Positions 19,650 to 29,621 are shown, numbered from the stretch's first letter. The stretch: DNA of 48,977 bases from Planctomycetota bacterium (GCA_016873095.1 VGYC01000030.1:1-48977); one strand, 5' to 3'. Notes: generated by a model not told the origin, from the sequence alone. Made by a program: numbers and translations.

Positions 19650-21402
19650 TATGGACATCAAGCGCGGCATTCCGGTTGCTCCTGGCGTGGTCATCGGCCC
19701 GGCGTTGGTCGTGGACACGGAGGGTTACCGCATCCCGCAGAAATTCGTTGACCGCAAGCGCCGCGAGGCGGAGATCGAGCGGCTAGGCCAGGCCCTGAAG
19801 TCGGCGGCGCGCGAGGTTCGCGCTACTCAGGAAGCCATCAACGCGAAGATTGGCGAGAAATACGGCGCCATCTTCGCCGCTCACGCCCTGCTCATCGAAG
19901 ACCCCGAACTTGTCAGGGAGATCGAGGAACTCATCCGCGGCAAGAACCACGCCGCCGAGTACGCCGTCAGCCGGGTGATGCGCCGCCATGCCAAGGCGCT
20001 GGAGGGGCTTGACAGCGGGCAATTCTCCGCACGATCCGCCGATCTGTTCGACATCGAGAAGGCCATCTTGCGCAACTTGCTGGGTTCGCGTTCTGAACCG
20101 TTGCAGCATCTGAAGCATCCCGTTGTCGTCCTGGCCCATGACCTGTCGCCGAGCGAGACGGCAACGCTGGACCCGCAGATGGTTCACGCCTTCGCCACTG
20201 AGGCGGGCGGTCGCACCAGCCACACGGCGATCATGGCCGGCGTGCTCGAGATACCGGCCGTCGTCGGCCTGGGTCGCTTCTTGACCGATGTTTCCGGCGG
20301 CGACGAGGTCATCGTCGACGGCAACCGCGGCGTCCTCATCCTCAACCCCGATGACGAGACGCGCGAACATTACGAAAAGGTCCGCAAGAGATTCCGGTCC
20401 TTCGAGAAGAAACTCGTTGCTCTCCGCGACTTGCCGGCCGAGACCAAGGACCGAGTCCGCGTCGTGCTCATGGGCAACATCGAGTTTCCCCAGGAAATCA
20501 AGCACTGTCTCGAGCGCGGCGCCGACGGCGTGGGCCTGTATCGGACCGAGTTTCTCTATCTCAACCGCACGACCGACCCGACCGAGGCGGAGCACGTCGA
20601 TGCATACCTGACGGTGCTGCGCACACTTGGTCCAAAGCCCGTGGTGATCCGCACGCTCGATCTCGGGGCGGACAAGTTCGCGTCTGCCCAGGGCGCCTGG
20701 GGCGTGGCCGACGAGCGCAATCCCTTCCTGGGGCTGCGCAGCGTCCGCCTGTGCCTGCGCAATTTGGCCTTGTTTAAGACGCAGATGCGTGCCATTCTAA
20801 GGGCTAGCGCCTTCGGCGATGTGCGCATCATGTTTCCGATGGTCAGCACCCTGTTGGAGTTGCGGCAGTGCAAGATGATTCTGGCCGAGGTCAAGGAAGA
20901 CCTGGAAGACGAGGGCATCCCCTTCAACCGCAAGCTGCCGGTGGGGACCATGATCGAGGTCCCGTCTGCGGCGTTGATTGCCGATCAGCTGGCGCGCGAA
21001 GTGAGCTTTTTCTCGATCGGCACCAACGATTTGATTCAATACACTCTTGCCGCCGACCGCACCAACGAAGCGGTATCGTCTCTGTACAGCCCCGGCGATC
21101 CGGCTGTCCTGAGACTCCTGGAGATGGTCGTTCGTGCCGGCCGCGATCACAATATCGAGGTCAGTGTTTGCGGCGAAATGAGCGGCGAGCCCATGTACAC
21201 AGTGCTGCTCATCGGGCTAGGACTGAGGCAACTGAGCGTCACGCCCCACAATATCCCAGAGATCAAGAAAATCGTCCGCTCTGTCAGCGTGACTGAGGCA
21301 GACAAGGTGGCCCGTGAAGCCATGGAGATGGAAACCGGGCGCGATGTGAACAACTACCTGCGGGAAATCACCCGCCGTATCCTCCCCGAAGTGGTCGGTT
21401 GA
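19650..21402 (+). CDS. ptsI: phosphoenolpyruvate-protein phosphotransferase (PTS enzyme I), no GAF domain
   Basis: GGRTSHTAIMAG phospho-His motif, PEP-utilising TIM barrel (GTNDLIQYTLAADR) and a CGEMSGEP C-terminal motif. Confidence 0.9.
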
Positions 21403-21410
21403 GGATGGAC

Positions 21411-21505
21411 GATGATGAACGCTGAAGGATGAATGATGCATTGAACGGCGCGCCGGGGAATCTCCCACTCCGCCGTTCCTCATTCATCACTCTGCGTTCA
21501 TCATT
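21411..21505. repeat. long imperfect palindrome (arms of about 40 nt) in the ptsI / DUF2344 intergenic region
   Basis: gatgatgaacgc...cattgaacggcg on the left pairs with cgccgttcc...gcgttcatcat on the right. Confidence 0.6.
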
Positions 21506-21591
21506 CCAAGAAACGGCCAGGAAATGAAGAATCGCAGCCCGGCTTGACGAAAAACTCACACGCCGTGCTCCATTTCTTCATTTCCGGCAAG

Positions 21592-21607
21592 CCCCGCGCG
21601 AGCGGGG
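21592..21607 (+). promoter_or_regulatory. CCCCGC-GCGA-GCGGGG hairpin with GNRA tetraloop 12 nt before the DUF2344 start
   Basis: Perfect 6-bp GC stem read directly from the sequence. Confidence 0.6.
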
Positions 21608-21619
21608 AGCAATGCCACA

Positions 21620-22456
21620 ATGCTGGACACGGCTAGCGCCAGAGACAGTGCGTCTCCGGTGGAGGCGACCCAGCCCGTCACTCGGGCCCGGGTCCGCTTC
21701 CGCAAGGAAGGAGACCTGCGCTTCCTCGGCCATCAAGACTTGATCAACTGCCTGGAGCGGATGTGCCGCCGTGCGGAGTTGACGCTCCTCACCACACGCG
21801 GCTTCAACCCACGGCCACGGCTGACCTTTGCGCTGTCGCTGGCGCTCGGCATCATCGGCAAGCGCGAAGTCATGGAATTCGAGCTGGCCGGCACGCCGTC
21901 TCCGGAAGACATTCTCTCGCGCCTGAACGCCCATGCGCCGCCCGGACTGCATTTCGACGAAATCCGGCTGATGGGGCCGCGCGACAAGGCACGCGTCAGC
22001 CACGCACTGTATCGCGTCAACATATCCGCAGCACGACGCGACCAGCTGCCGGAAGCGATCCAGTCGCTGCTTGCCGCCGATCATTGCTGGGTGGAGCGCC
22101 GCCGTCCCCAGCCCCGCAAGTGCGATATTCGTCCATTCATCGACGATCTGCGCTGTGACAACGGCGCACTGGCGATCTGTTGCCACGTTTCTCCGGACGG
22201 CACGGCCCGGCCGGATGACATTCTTCGCCTGCTTGGCCTCGGCGACCTTGTGGGCGCCGGCATTCTCATCGAACGTAGCGACTTGCTGCTTGTCGATGAG
22301 AACAGCGCGAAAGCAACCACGAATCAGGAATTACGATACACAGGACGTTTAGCGACGGAACTGCCCGGACCGGAGCCGAGCCTCGAGGTCAATCCTCCGC
22401 CTCGGCCGCCCAGACCAGCATCATTGCTTCCAGGTCCGTTTTCCTTCGATAGCTAA
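21620..22456 (+). CDS. DUF2344 (TIGR03936 'radical-SAM-linked') family protein
   Basis: VRFRKEGDLRFLGHQDLINCLERMCRRAELTLLTTRGFNPRPRLTFALSLALG matches the DUF2344 N-terminal consensus I recall (FSK.G..RF.GHLD..R..ERA.RRA..P...S.GFNP.PK.SF). Confidence 0.7.
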   Translation: MLDTASARDSASPVEATQPVTRARVRFRKEGDLRFLGHQDLINCLERMCRRAELTLLTTRGFNPRPRLTFALSLALGIIGKREVMEFELAGTPSPEDILSRLNAHAPPGLHFDEIRLMGPRDKARVSHALYRVNISAARRDQLPEAIQSLLAADHCWVERRRPQPRKCDIRPFIDDLRCDNGALAICCHVSPDGTARPDDILRLLGLGDLVGAGILIERSDLLLVDENSAKATTNQELRYTGRLATELPGPEPSLEVNPPPRPPRPASLLPGPFSFDS

Positions 22457-22489
22457 CCAAAGAGAACGTCCGCAACCTCAAGGACAAGA

Positions 22490-24784
22490 ATGAAGAAAGA
22501 GATGCTCATCAACGTGTTGCAGCCCGAGGAGTGCCGCATTGCAATCCTGGAGGACAACATTCTCGAAGAGTTGTACGTGGAGCGGACCAGCCAGGAAAGC
22601 TATGTCGGCAACATCTACATTGGCCGAATTGTGAACATCGAGCCGAGCATCCAGGCAGCCTTCGTCGATTTCGGCGTCGGCCGCAACGGCTTCCTGCACG
22701 TCTCCGATGTCGATCCGGAGTACTACCGGCACCTCGAAGGCTTCTCCGAGCGCGAAGGCCGCGACGATCGCGGCGGCCGCGGCAAGGGAGGACGTTCGCG
22801 ACGCGACGGCGGCCGCGGGCGTGAGCGCGGCGGCTCACGGCGCCGCGATGCCGCTTACACCTTGACTCGCGAGGACATCGAAGCTCGCGAAAGCCGCGAG
22901 GCCCGCTCGCGCGCCGATGCCGAACTGGCCACCCAGGAGCAGACGCCCTGGCCCGAAGCCGCCGTCGAGGATTTCGCCGGAATGGAAGGTGAATTCGCCC
23001 GTGAGCCGGAGTTGATCGACGAGCCGGGGACGTTGCCCGCGTCTATCCAGGAACCAGTCGCCGACGACGTGGCGGACATGGAAGATCTGGAGCCGCTTCC
23101 TCCGCCCTCGCCCGACCTTGAGCCGATCCAGGAAATGGAGCGCCCGGCAATCGACGCGCTCACCGACGAAGACCTCCGTTTCTCCCGGCCGGATCCTGAG
23201 AGTCGTGAGTCCTTTCAGGACCGCACGGAAGCCGATATTCGGGACTCGAGCCTTCCTGTCGTCGAGCGAGCTGAACTGGACAACGCACTTGCCGACGAAG
23301 ACCTGTCACCAGCCGACCGCCGCGACGAGGAGCCAGCCTTGCCGCTGGGCGACTTCAGCGCGGACGAAGACGAGATGCGCCCCGAGTTCGAGGATGAGGA
23401 CGACATCCCACCGATGCCGCGCCACCGAGGCCGCTCTCGTGGGCGCGACGATCGCCGTGGCGGACGGCGCGGCCCGCCCCGGCGCATGGGCGGCCGCCCC
23501 GGCTTCGGCCGGCCCAAGCCTCTCATTCAGGAGATCTTCAAACGCGGGCAAAAAGTTCTTGTCCAGGTCATCAAGGAAGGCATCGGCACCAAGGGGCCGA
23601 CGCTTAGCACCTACATCAGCATCGCCGGCCGCTATCTCGTCCTCATGCCGGGCCTCAAACGCATCGGCGTGTCTCGCAAGATCGGCGACGACGAGCAGCG
23701 CCGCCACCTGCGCGACATCATGCATCAGCTCAAGCCGCCCCGCGGTCTCGGCTTCATCATCCGCACCGCCGGCCTTGACCGTACCCGCAAGGAACTGCAG
23801 CGCGACCTCGCATACCTCACCCGCCTGTGGAAAGTCTGCTGCCGGCGCAGCGAGAAGCTGCGCGGCCCGGGGGAAATCTATCAAGAAAGCGACATGATCA
23901 CGCGCACCATCCGCGATACCTTCACCGGCGAGATCGACACAATCTGGGTGGATGAGAAGGCGGCTTACGACCACGCCCAGGAGTTCCTGCAAATTGTCAT
24001 GCCGCGCTACGCCGAGCGCATCAAGCACTACGACGCACCGGAGCCGATGTTCCACAAGTACGGCATCGAGAGCGAGATTGTCCGCATCCAGCAGCGGCAC
24101 GTCCCCTTGCTCAACGGCGGCTCCATCGTCATCGATCAGACGGAGGCCCTGGTCGCCATCGACGTCAACAGCGGCAACTTCCGCGCCGACAACAACGCCG
24201 AAGAGACGGCCTACCGCATGAACCTGCTGGCGGCCAAGGAAATTGCCAGGCAACTCCGCCTACGCGATCTGGGCGGCGTCATCGTCAACGACTTCATCGA
24301 CATGCGCGACGACAAGCACCGTCGCGGTGTGGAGCGCGCCCTGCGCGACGCCGTCCGACGCGATCGCGCTCGCACCAAGATCTTGCGGATCTCGGCTTTC
24401 GGCATCATAGAGATGACCCGCCAGCGCATCCGCCCTTCCCTCAAGCGCAGCGTGTACCAGGATTGCCCGCACTGCCACGCCACCGGCCAGGTCAAGACTT
24501 GTGAGAGCATGAGCATCGAGGTCATGCGCCTTCTTCAACTCGCCGCTCACCAGGACACGATCCAGCGCGTCCAGGTCCGCGTACACGACGACGTGGCCCA
24601 CTATCTGCTCAACCGCAAGCGCAAGGATATCAGCCGGCTGGAAGAATCCGGCGAAATCCAGGTACATATCGCCGGCGTCCCGGAAGTCTCTCCCGAACAA
24701 CTGGAGTTTACCTGCTACGACAACAACAACAACGAGGTGAAATTCTCGCCATACGAGGACCCGCGGCCGTCACGGCGACGCTGA
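22490..24784 (+). CDS. rng: RNase E/G-family endoribonuclease (catalytic domain only) with an insertion of about 240 aa, acidic and RG-rich, inside the S1 subdomain
   Basis: S1 motif GNIYIGRIVNIEPSIQAAFVDFG, DNase-I-like AIDVNSGNF, VIVNDFIDM, Zn-link CPHCHATGQ. The insertion lies between ...EYYRHLEGF and PLIQEIFKRGQKVLVQV. Confidence 0.9.
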   Translation: MKKEMLINVLQPEECRIAILEDNILEELYVERTSQESYVGNIYIGRIVNIEPSIQAAFVDFGVGRNGFLHVSDVDPEYYRHLEGFSEREGRDDRGGRGKGGRSRRDGGRGRERGGSRRRDAAYTLTREDIEARESREARSRADAELATQEQTPWPEAAVEDFAGMEGEFAREPELIDEPGTLPASIQEPVADDVADMEDLEPLPPPSPDLEPIQEMERPAIDALTDEDLRFSRPDPESRESFQDRTEADIRDSSLPVVERAELDNALADEDLSPADRRDEEPALPLGDFSADEDEMRPEFEDEDDIPPMPRHRGRSRGRDDRRGGRRGPPRRMGGRPGFGRPKPLIQEIFKRGQKVLVQVIKEGIGTKGPTLSTYISIAGRYLVLMPGLKRIGVSRKIGDDEQRRHLRDIMHQLKPPRGLGFIIRTAGLDRTRKELQRDLAYLTRLWKVCCRRSEKLRGPGEIYQESDMITRTIRDTFTGEIDTIWVDEKAAYDHAQEFLQIVMPRYAERIKHYDAPEPMFHKYGIESEIVRIQQRHVPLLNGGSIVIDQTEALVAIDVNSGNFRADNNAEETAYRMNLLAAKEIARQLRLRDLGGVIVNDFIDMRDDKHRRGVERALRDAVRRDRARTKILRISAFGIIEMTRQRIRPSLKRSVYQDCPHCHATGQVKTCESMSIEVMRLLQLAAHQDTIQRVQVRVHDDVAHYLLNRKRKDISRLEESGEIQVHIAGVPEVSPEQLEFTCYDNNNNEVKFSPYEDPRPSRRR

Positions 24785-24794
24785 ATCAACGCAG

Positions 24795-24824
24795 AAGCCC
24801 GGCCTGAGGAGGCCGGGCTTTTGC
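24795..24824. terminator. rho-independent terminator (bidirectional position between convergent genes)
   Basis: AAGCCCGGCC-tgagga-GGCCGGGCTT followed by TTTG. Confidence 0.8.
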
Positions 24825-24844
24825 AATTCCATCTGTCTGTCCAG

Positions 24845-25660
24845 CTACCGCTGGGGCAATGGTTCCTGGACGACGACGATCATCACGACCTCCGGCCGTT
24901 TGCCAACGGCAGCTTCGACCGGATCCTCGATCTTGAAGCCCTTCTTCTTGGCGGCCGGCGGCGGCTTGGCCAGGTAGACTCCGACGATCTGGCCGGGCTT
25001 GAGGACGTCGTAGTCCGCCGGGTAGCCGGGAAGTTTGCTGCCTTTCTTGAGTGCCTTCAGCTCTTTCAGGTTCCAGCGCTTGAGCTTGCCCTTGTCGTCA
25101 TAGTCGGTGGGTGGAAAGCCGGTGCGGATCTTGATGTCCGCCGTGGCCCGCAGATCCACGTCCTTGGGAGAAGTCAGGTTTTGCTGCCGCTGGACCGAGT
25201 CAATTCGGAACTGCGCGAGTGCCTGATTGTAACGGACCAGGTGCGTCTGCTTGTCGCCGATGTTGGTGGCCTGCACGAAGTTGAACTTGTGCTGTGCGAT
25301 GCCCTGCTGTGCCTGCACCTCCCACACCTGGTAGTCGTAGATCTTCTTGGCATCCGGCAGCTGCAATTCGATGGTGAAGTCTTTCTGCGAGTTGGCGTCG
25401 ATGGTCTTCATCTTGCCAGTGAGATACTGACCGTAGTTCAGCTTCTCGTTGTCGTCCTTGGACTTCTTGTCTTTCTTGTCCTTGTCCTTGTCCTTGGGAT
25501 CCTTGTCGGCGAAGATGGATTTCTTGACCTTCTTCTCGACTTTCTTGTCGTTCTTCTTCTCCAGTTCGCCGGCCTTTTTCTTTTTCTCGTCCTGGGCCCA
25601 GGAAGGAAGGATCAAGACCACGACGGCCAGGATGCCGAGAGTTCGTGCGAATCTGTTCAT
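24845..25660 (-). CDS. secreted Lys/Asp-rich repeat protein, function unknown
   Basis: Signal peptide MNRFARTLGILAVVVLILPSWA, then KKKK and DKDKDKKDKKSKDD low-complexity repeats, then a globular C-terminal part. Confidence 0.5.
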   Translation of the reverse strand: MNRFARTLGILAVVVLILPSWAQDEKKKKAGELEKKNDKKVEKKVKKSIFADKDPKDKDKDKKDKKSKDDNEKLNYGQYLTGKMKTIDANSQKDFTIELQLPDAKKIYDYQVWEVQAQQGIAQHKFNFVQATNIGDKQTHLVRYNQALAQFRIDSVQRQQNLTSPKDVDLRATADIKIRTGFPPTDYDDKGKLKRWNLKELKALKKGSKLPGYPADYDVLKPGQIVGVYLAKPPPAAKKKGFKIEDPVEAAVGKRPEVVMIVVVQEPLPQR

Positions 25661-25854
25661 GATTGTCTTCCTTTCGAACGACGCCCCATGACGCCCATGC
25701 TCCACCGGGCTGGAAGCCGATTACCACAAGCTTACTTCAGTAAATGTAACGAATTCCAGGGAAAGCAACAACAAATTTTCCCTAGGTCGAACGGCCCCCC
25801 TTCTCAGGCCCGCCTATTTTTGTTACCCTACTCGAAAGCGTCCAAGATGTCATT

Positions 25855-26439
25855 GTGTCGGAGGTTCTCGTGGCGTCGATTGAATACAGCCAGGTTCGCA
25901 AGGGGATGGTCCTCGTGGGTGAGGACAAGCAGCTTTATTACGTCGTCGATCGCGATCTGAACACGCCGGGCAACTGGCGAGCCATCTTGCAGCTCAAGCT
26001 GAAAAACCTCAAGACCGGGTCCATCACCATCAACCGCGTCCGTCCCCAGGACAAGGTCGAGCAGGCTTACCTGGACAAGCGTGAGATGCAGTACATCTAC
26101 CAGGACGGTGACGGCTTCGTGTTCATGGATGTCGAGAACTACGACCAGACGACCCTCACCAAGGAATGGGTCGGCGACCAGATGCTATACTTGAAGGAAG
26201 GAAACAAGGCTCACGTCGTGTTTTACGAAGGTCGCCCCCTGAGCCTGGAATTGCCGGCGACGGTCGAGCTACTCGTGACCGAGACAGAACCGGCGGTAAA
26301 GGGCGCAACGGCGGCGGCCCAGTACAAGCCCGCGACGCTGGAAACAGGCTTCAAGGTGACTGTGCCCCCATTCGTCGCCATCGGCGAAAGTGTGACCATC
26401 GACACGCGTACCGGCGAATACCTCAGCCGCTCCAAGTGA
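25855..26439 (+). CDS. efp: elongation factor P
   Basis: Full-length EF-P with three OB domains and a C-terminal GEYLSRSK motif. GTG start. Loop tip reads TPGNWRA rather than PGKGQA or SGRNAA. Confidence 0.85.
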   Translation: MSEVLVASIEYSQVRKGMVLVGEDKQLYYVVDRDLNTPGNWRAILQLKLKNLKTGSITINRVRPQDKVEQAYLDKREMQYIYQDGDGFVFMDVENYDQTTLTKEWVGDQMLYLKEGNKAHVVFYEGRPLSLELPATVELLVTETEPAVKGATAAAQYKPATLETGFKVTVPPFVAIGESVTIDTRTGEYLSRSK

Positions 26440-26450
26440 CCTAATCTCCC

Positions 26451-27572
26451 ATGCAGATCGTCAATTTTCAGTGCGGCAAATGCGGCAAGCTGATGGGGGT
26501 CAGCTCCGAGCATCTCGGCACACAGGTGCATTGCCCGCATTGCCAGGAAATCGTCGAGACGCCACAGCCGGCTCCCAAGCCCGATTCCACCGAGGTCCGT
26601 GTCGAAATCCCCGATAGCAAGGAGCAAGAGAGCATAGTTACCCATCCGGAGGACGAGCAGGGGGACGACCGGTTCGGTGGCCCCACCAGGCCGCTCGTCG
26701 AATTGCCTCCCGAATCGGTGGCAAAACAGCCTGACTATCCCGCACAAAGCGATCATGCGCTCCACCGCACTGCCTCGCCTTTTGACCAGGCCCCGTCCGC
26801 ATCATTGCCCGAAACAATCGAGACGCCTTCAGACCAGGACTCACCAGGTATAGGCACGCTGCCGGAGCCGACCGTCTCCAGGTCCGCCAGAAGCAGCATG
26901 CTCGGCCCCACCTTGCTGGTACTGCTCATTCCGTATTCGCTGCTGACGACCGCGTACATTATCTGGAGCATGTTCAACACCCACGACGCGTTCGATGCCA
27001 TGCGCGATACCGGCAAGGACGGCGTACCAAAACGCGTGCATCCGGACCGGCCGCTGCCAGGCAAACTGAAGACGTCTTTGCGGCATTCGATACGCGTTGG
27101 CGAACTCGAAATTCAGCCGCTGAAAGTGGAGTTCAACCGCGAGGGAGATCTGGTACTGCTGCTCAAGATGTCCAACATGTCCACGGACCAGGCGTTCAGC
27201 CCCATCGATCACTCGTACCTGTTCTACGCTGAAACCAGTCGCAAGACGCCGCGACCATACAGCTATTTGGATGCCGGCACAGCGGGCAAGCTCCAGGGAG
27301 GTTACTTACGATACTTGCAGCAGCCAAGCGACAAGCACGAAGATCCAAACAACGGGGTTATTCGCCCCGGCCAGGATGTCTATGCGGAGATCACGACGCT
27401 TGACAAGTATCGGGACACGAAGGTGAAGTCGGTGTTGCAGTCGGGCGGGCCGTTGCTGTGGCGAGTGCATGTTCGCCGCGGAATCGTAGTCCTTGGCGGT
27501 CGCGACGTGTCTGCCACGGCCGTCATTGGCGTGCAGTTCTTGCCAAGCGCCGTTGAGAAAGCAAAAGCTTGA
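26451..27572 (+). CDS. hypothetical protein: N-terminal double zinc ribbon, disordered linker, one TM helix, C-terminal extracytoplasmic domain
   Basis: CGKCGK...CPHCQ at the N-terminus and a hydrophobic segment LLVLLIPYSLLTTAYIIW. Starts 11 nt after the efp stop. Confidence 0.5.
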   Translation: MQIVNFQCGKCGKLMGVSSEHLGTQVHCPHCQEIVETPQPAPKPDSTEVRVEIPDSKEQESIVTHPEDEQGDDRFGGPTRPLVELPPESVAKQPDYPAQSDHALHRTASPFDQAPSASLPETIETPSDQDSPGIGTLPEPTVSRSARSSMLGPTLLVLLIPYSLLTTAYIIWSMFNTHDAFDAMRDTGKDGVPKRVHPDRPLPGKLKTSLRHSIRVGELEIQPLKVEFNREGDLVLLLKMSNMSTDQAFSPIDHSYLFYAETSRKTPRPYSYLDAGTAGKLQGGYLRYLQQPSDKHEDPNNGVIRPGQDVYAEITTLDKYRDTKVKSVLQSGGPLLWRVHVRRGIVVLGGRDVSATAVIGVQFLPSAVEKAKA

Positions 27573-27781
27573 GCTTGCCTGTTGCCTCCCTCTTTGTATT
27601 ATTGCCCATGACGGATGCATGTTCTCGTTTGCCCAGCTGCCGACTAGTGCCCTAGTATCGCGGCCCACATTGCCCCGCCCGAGATCGATGGATTGGAACC
27701 GGAACCGGTTTCTTGCCATCCTTCCACAATCCTGGTGTCTTGTCCCCGAGTAGAGGAGCACTCGCGCCTTGACAGGCGTGG

Positions 27782-28189
27782 GTGATGGAACCGATGAAGT
27801 TGACTCGTGCCTCGACGTATGCGCTGCACGCGGTGGTGTACATGGCCGGCCAGAAAAAGGGCCAGCCCATTGCCTCGCACCTGATCGCTCGCAAGAAGGG
27901 AATCCCGGAGCGCTTCTTGCTGAAAGTCCTCAAACCGCTGGTGTCTGCCCGTGTCTTGAATTCCGTGAAGGGCCCCAATGGCGGGTATCACCTGGCGCGT
28001 GCGCCCGGCGATATCACGCTGCTGGACATTATCGAGGCTGTGGATGGCCCCATCAGCGGTCAGGCCCCCGGTGGCCAGCAAGACGGCTTTCTCAATCGCC
28101 GTCTCGAGCACATCTGCAACCAGACTGCCGAGCAGGTCCGCAAGCAGCTCAGCAAGATTCGCGTTTCCGAACTGTCTACCAAGGACTGA
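27782..28189 (+). CDS. Rrf2-family transcriptional regulator
   Basis: LTRASTYALHAVVYMA...IA...GIPERFLLKVLKPL is a winged-helix Rrf2 signature. I see no Cys triad, so an Fe-S cluster is unlikely. Confidence 0.75.
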   Translation: MMEPMKLTRASTYALHAVVYMAGQKKGQPIASHLIARKKGIPERFLLKVLKPLVSARVLNSVKGPNGGYHLARAPGDITLLDIIEAVDGPISGQAPGGQQDGFLNRRLEHICNQTAEQVRKQLSKIRVSELSTKD

Positions 28190-28205
28190 GCGAATACAAC
28201 GACCC

Positions 28206-28824
28206 CATGCAGTTGCTGCTGTCCTGGATCGTCGTGATACTCGCGCTGGCCGGCGCTCATCTGGCAGCGGATCGCTTCGCGCTTGATTGGTTGCTGTATG
28301 TCGCGCTTGCGCTCGATGTGCTCGCCGGCATTGCCTTGCTGATCACATTGCTGGGACTGCTGTGCCGGCGTACCCATCAGGTTTCGCGGACGGTGACCCT
28401 GAATCAGTCCGCCGATGCCGTCTTCGCTGCGATCAGCGACATCGCCGGCGTTCCCGCCTGGAACAAGATGGTGCTGAAGGCGGAGAAACTACCAGACCGC
28501 AACGGCCACGAATTGTGGCGCGAGACGTACACCGGCAACTATCCAGTCTTGCTGGAGACGACGGAATCGTCCCCCCCGAATCGTCTGGTCCGCACCATCG
28601 CCGACGAGAATGGTCCGTTCACCGGACGCTGGGAGTTCGCCATCGCGCCGCAGGAACCGGGCGTGCAACTCACCATCACCGAGTTCGGCGCTGTCCCCAA
28701 TCCGTTCTTTCGCTTCATGGCCCGGATGTTCATGGACCCGCACCAGTACATCGATCTGTACCTCAAGGCGCTGGCGGGCAAGTTCAACGAGACGGCGGCG
28801 ATCACTTTGCCGGCGAAATCATGA
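28206..28824 (+). CDS. SRPBCC (polyketide-cyclase/Bet v1-like) protein with an N-terminal membrane anchor
   Basis: Hydrophobic N-terminus, then the VTLNQSADAVFAAISDIAGVPAWN pattern of polyketide_cyc2. Confidence 0.55.
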
Positions 28825-29612
28825 GCGGGGAGGCAGAAGCTGCTCGGCCTGAAGACGTGACCGCGCGTTTCACGGGACTCGCTGGCCTGTACGCTCGCGC
28901 CCGGCCGGACTATCCCGCTGAGGCCATCGACTTCATCCTCGAACGCTGCGGCCTGGACGCCACCTGCAGGCTGGTTGACGTCGGCTGCGGCACGGGCATC
29001 TCGTCACGCATCTTTGCCGGGCGTGGCCTGCGTGTTGTCGGCATCGAGCCAAATGATGACATGCGTGCCGAAGCCGAGGCCGTTCCGTTCGAAGAAGGAA
29101 CGACCCGGCCGGAGTATCGTGTCGGGCGTGCCGAGGCGACAGGAGTGGCAGCTGGCTGGGCCGATGCCGTGGTCGCGGCCCAAGCATTTCACTGGTTTGA
29201 CGCCGATGCCGCCCTGCGTGAGTTTCGCCGCATCCTGAAGCCGCACGGCTGGGCAATTCTCATGTGGAATGAGCGCAGCGATGTTGACGCCTTCTCGGCT
29301 GGTTACGGCCGGATTCTCGCGGCCACGCCGGACGGCGTCGCGATTCAGCACAAACGCATGACCGCAGGCCGGATTCTGCTGGAGCATCCGTTCTTTCGCG
29401 ACGGGAGACGTGATGTCTTTTGCCATGAGCAAGTTCTGGATGAGCAGGGCCTGATCGGCCGGGCCCTGTCTGCCTCCTATGCTCCGCGGCGGCCCGACGC
29501 CGTCGCCGAGTTCATCGCAAGCCTGCGCAGCTTGTTTGCAAGCCACCATTGCGATGGCCAGGTTACGCTGCGTTATGAGACAGCAGTGTACACGGCGCAC
29601 GTCGTCGATTGA
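28821..29612 (+). CDS. class I SAM-dependent methyltransferase
   Basis: VDVGCGTGISS motif I. The start overlaps the upstream stop (ATGA), which suggests translational coupling. Confidence 0.7.
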   Translation: MSGEAEAARPEDVTARFTGLAGLYARARPDYPAEAIDFILERCGLDATCRLVDVGCGTGISSRIFAGRGLRVVGIEPNDDMRAEAEAVPFEEGTTRPEYRVGRAEATGVAAGWADAVVAAQAFHWFDADAALREFRRILKPHGWAILMWNERSDVDAFSAGYGRILAATPDGVAIQHKRMTAGRILLEHPFFRDGRRDVFCHEQVLDEQGLIGRALSASYAPRRPDAVAEFIASLRSLFASHHCDGQVTLRYETAVYTAHVVD

Positions 29613-29621
29613 TTTCCGGCC

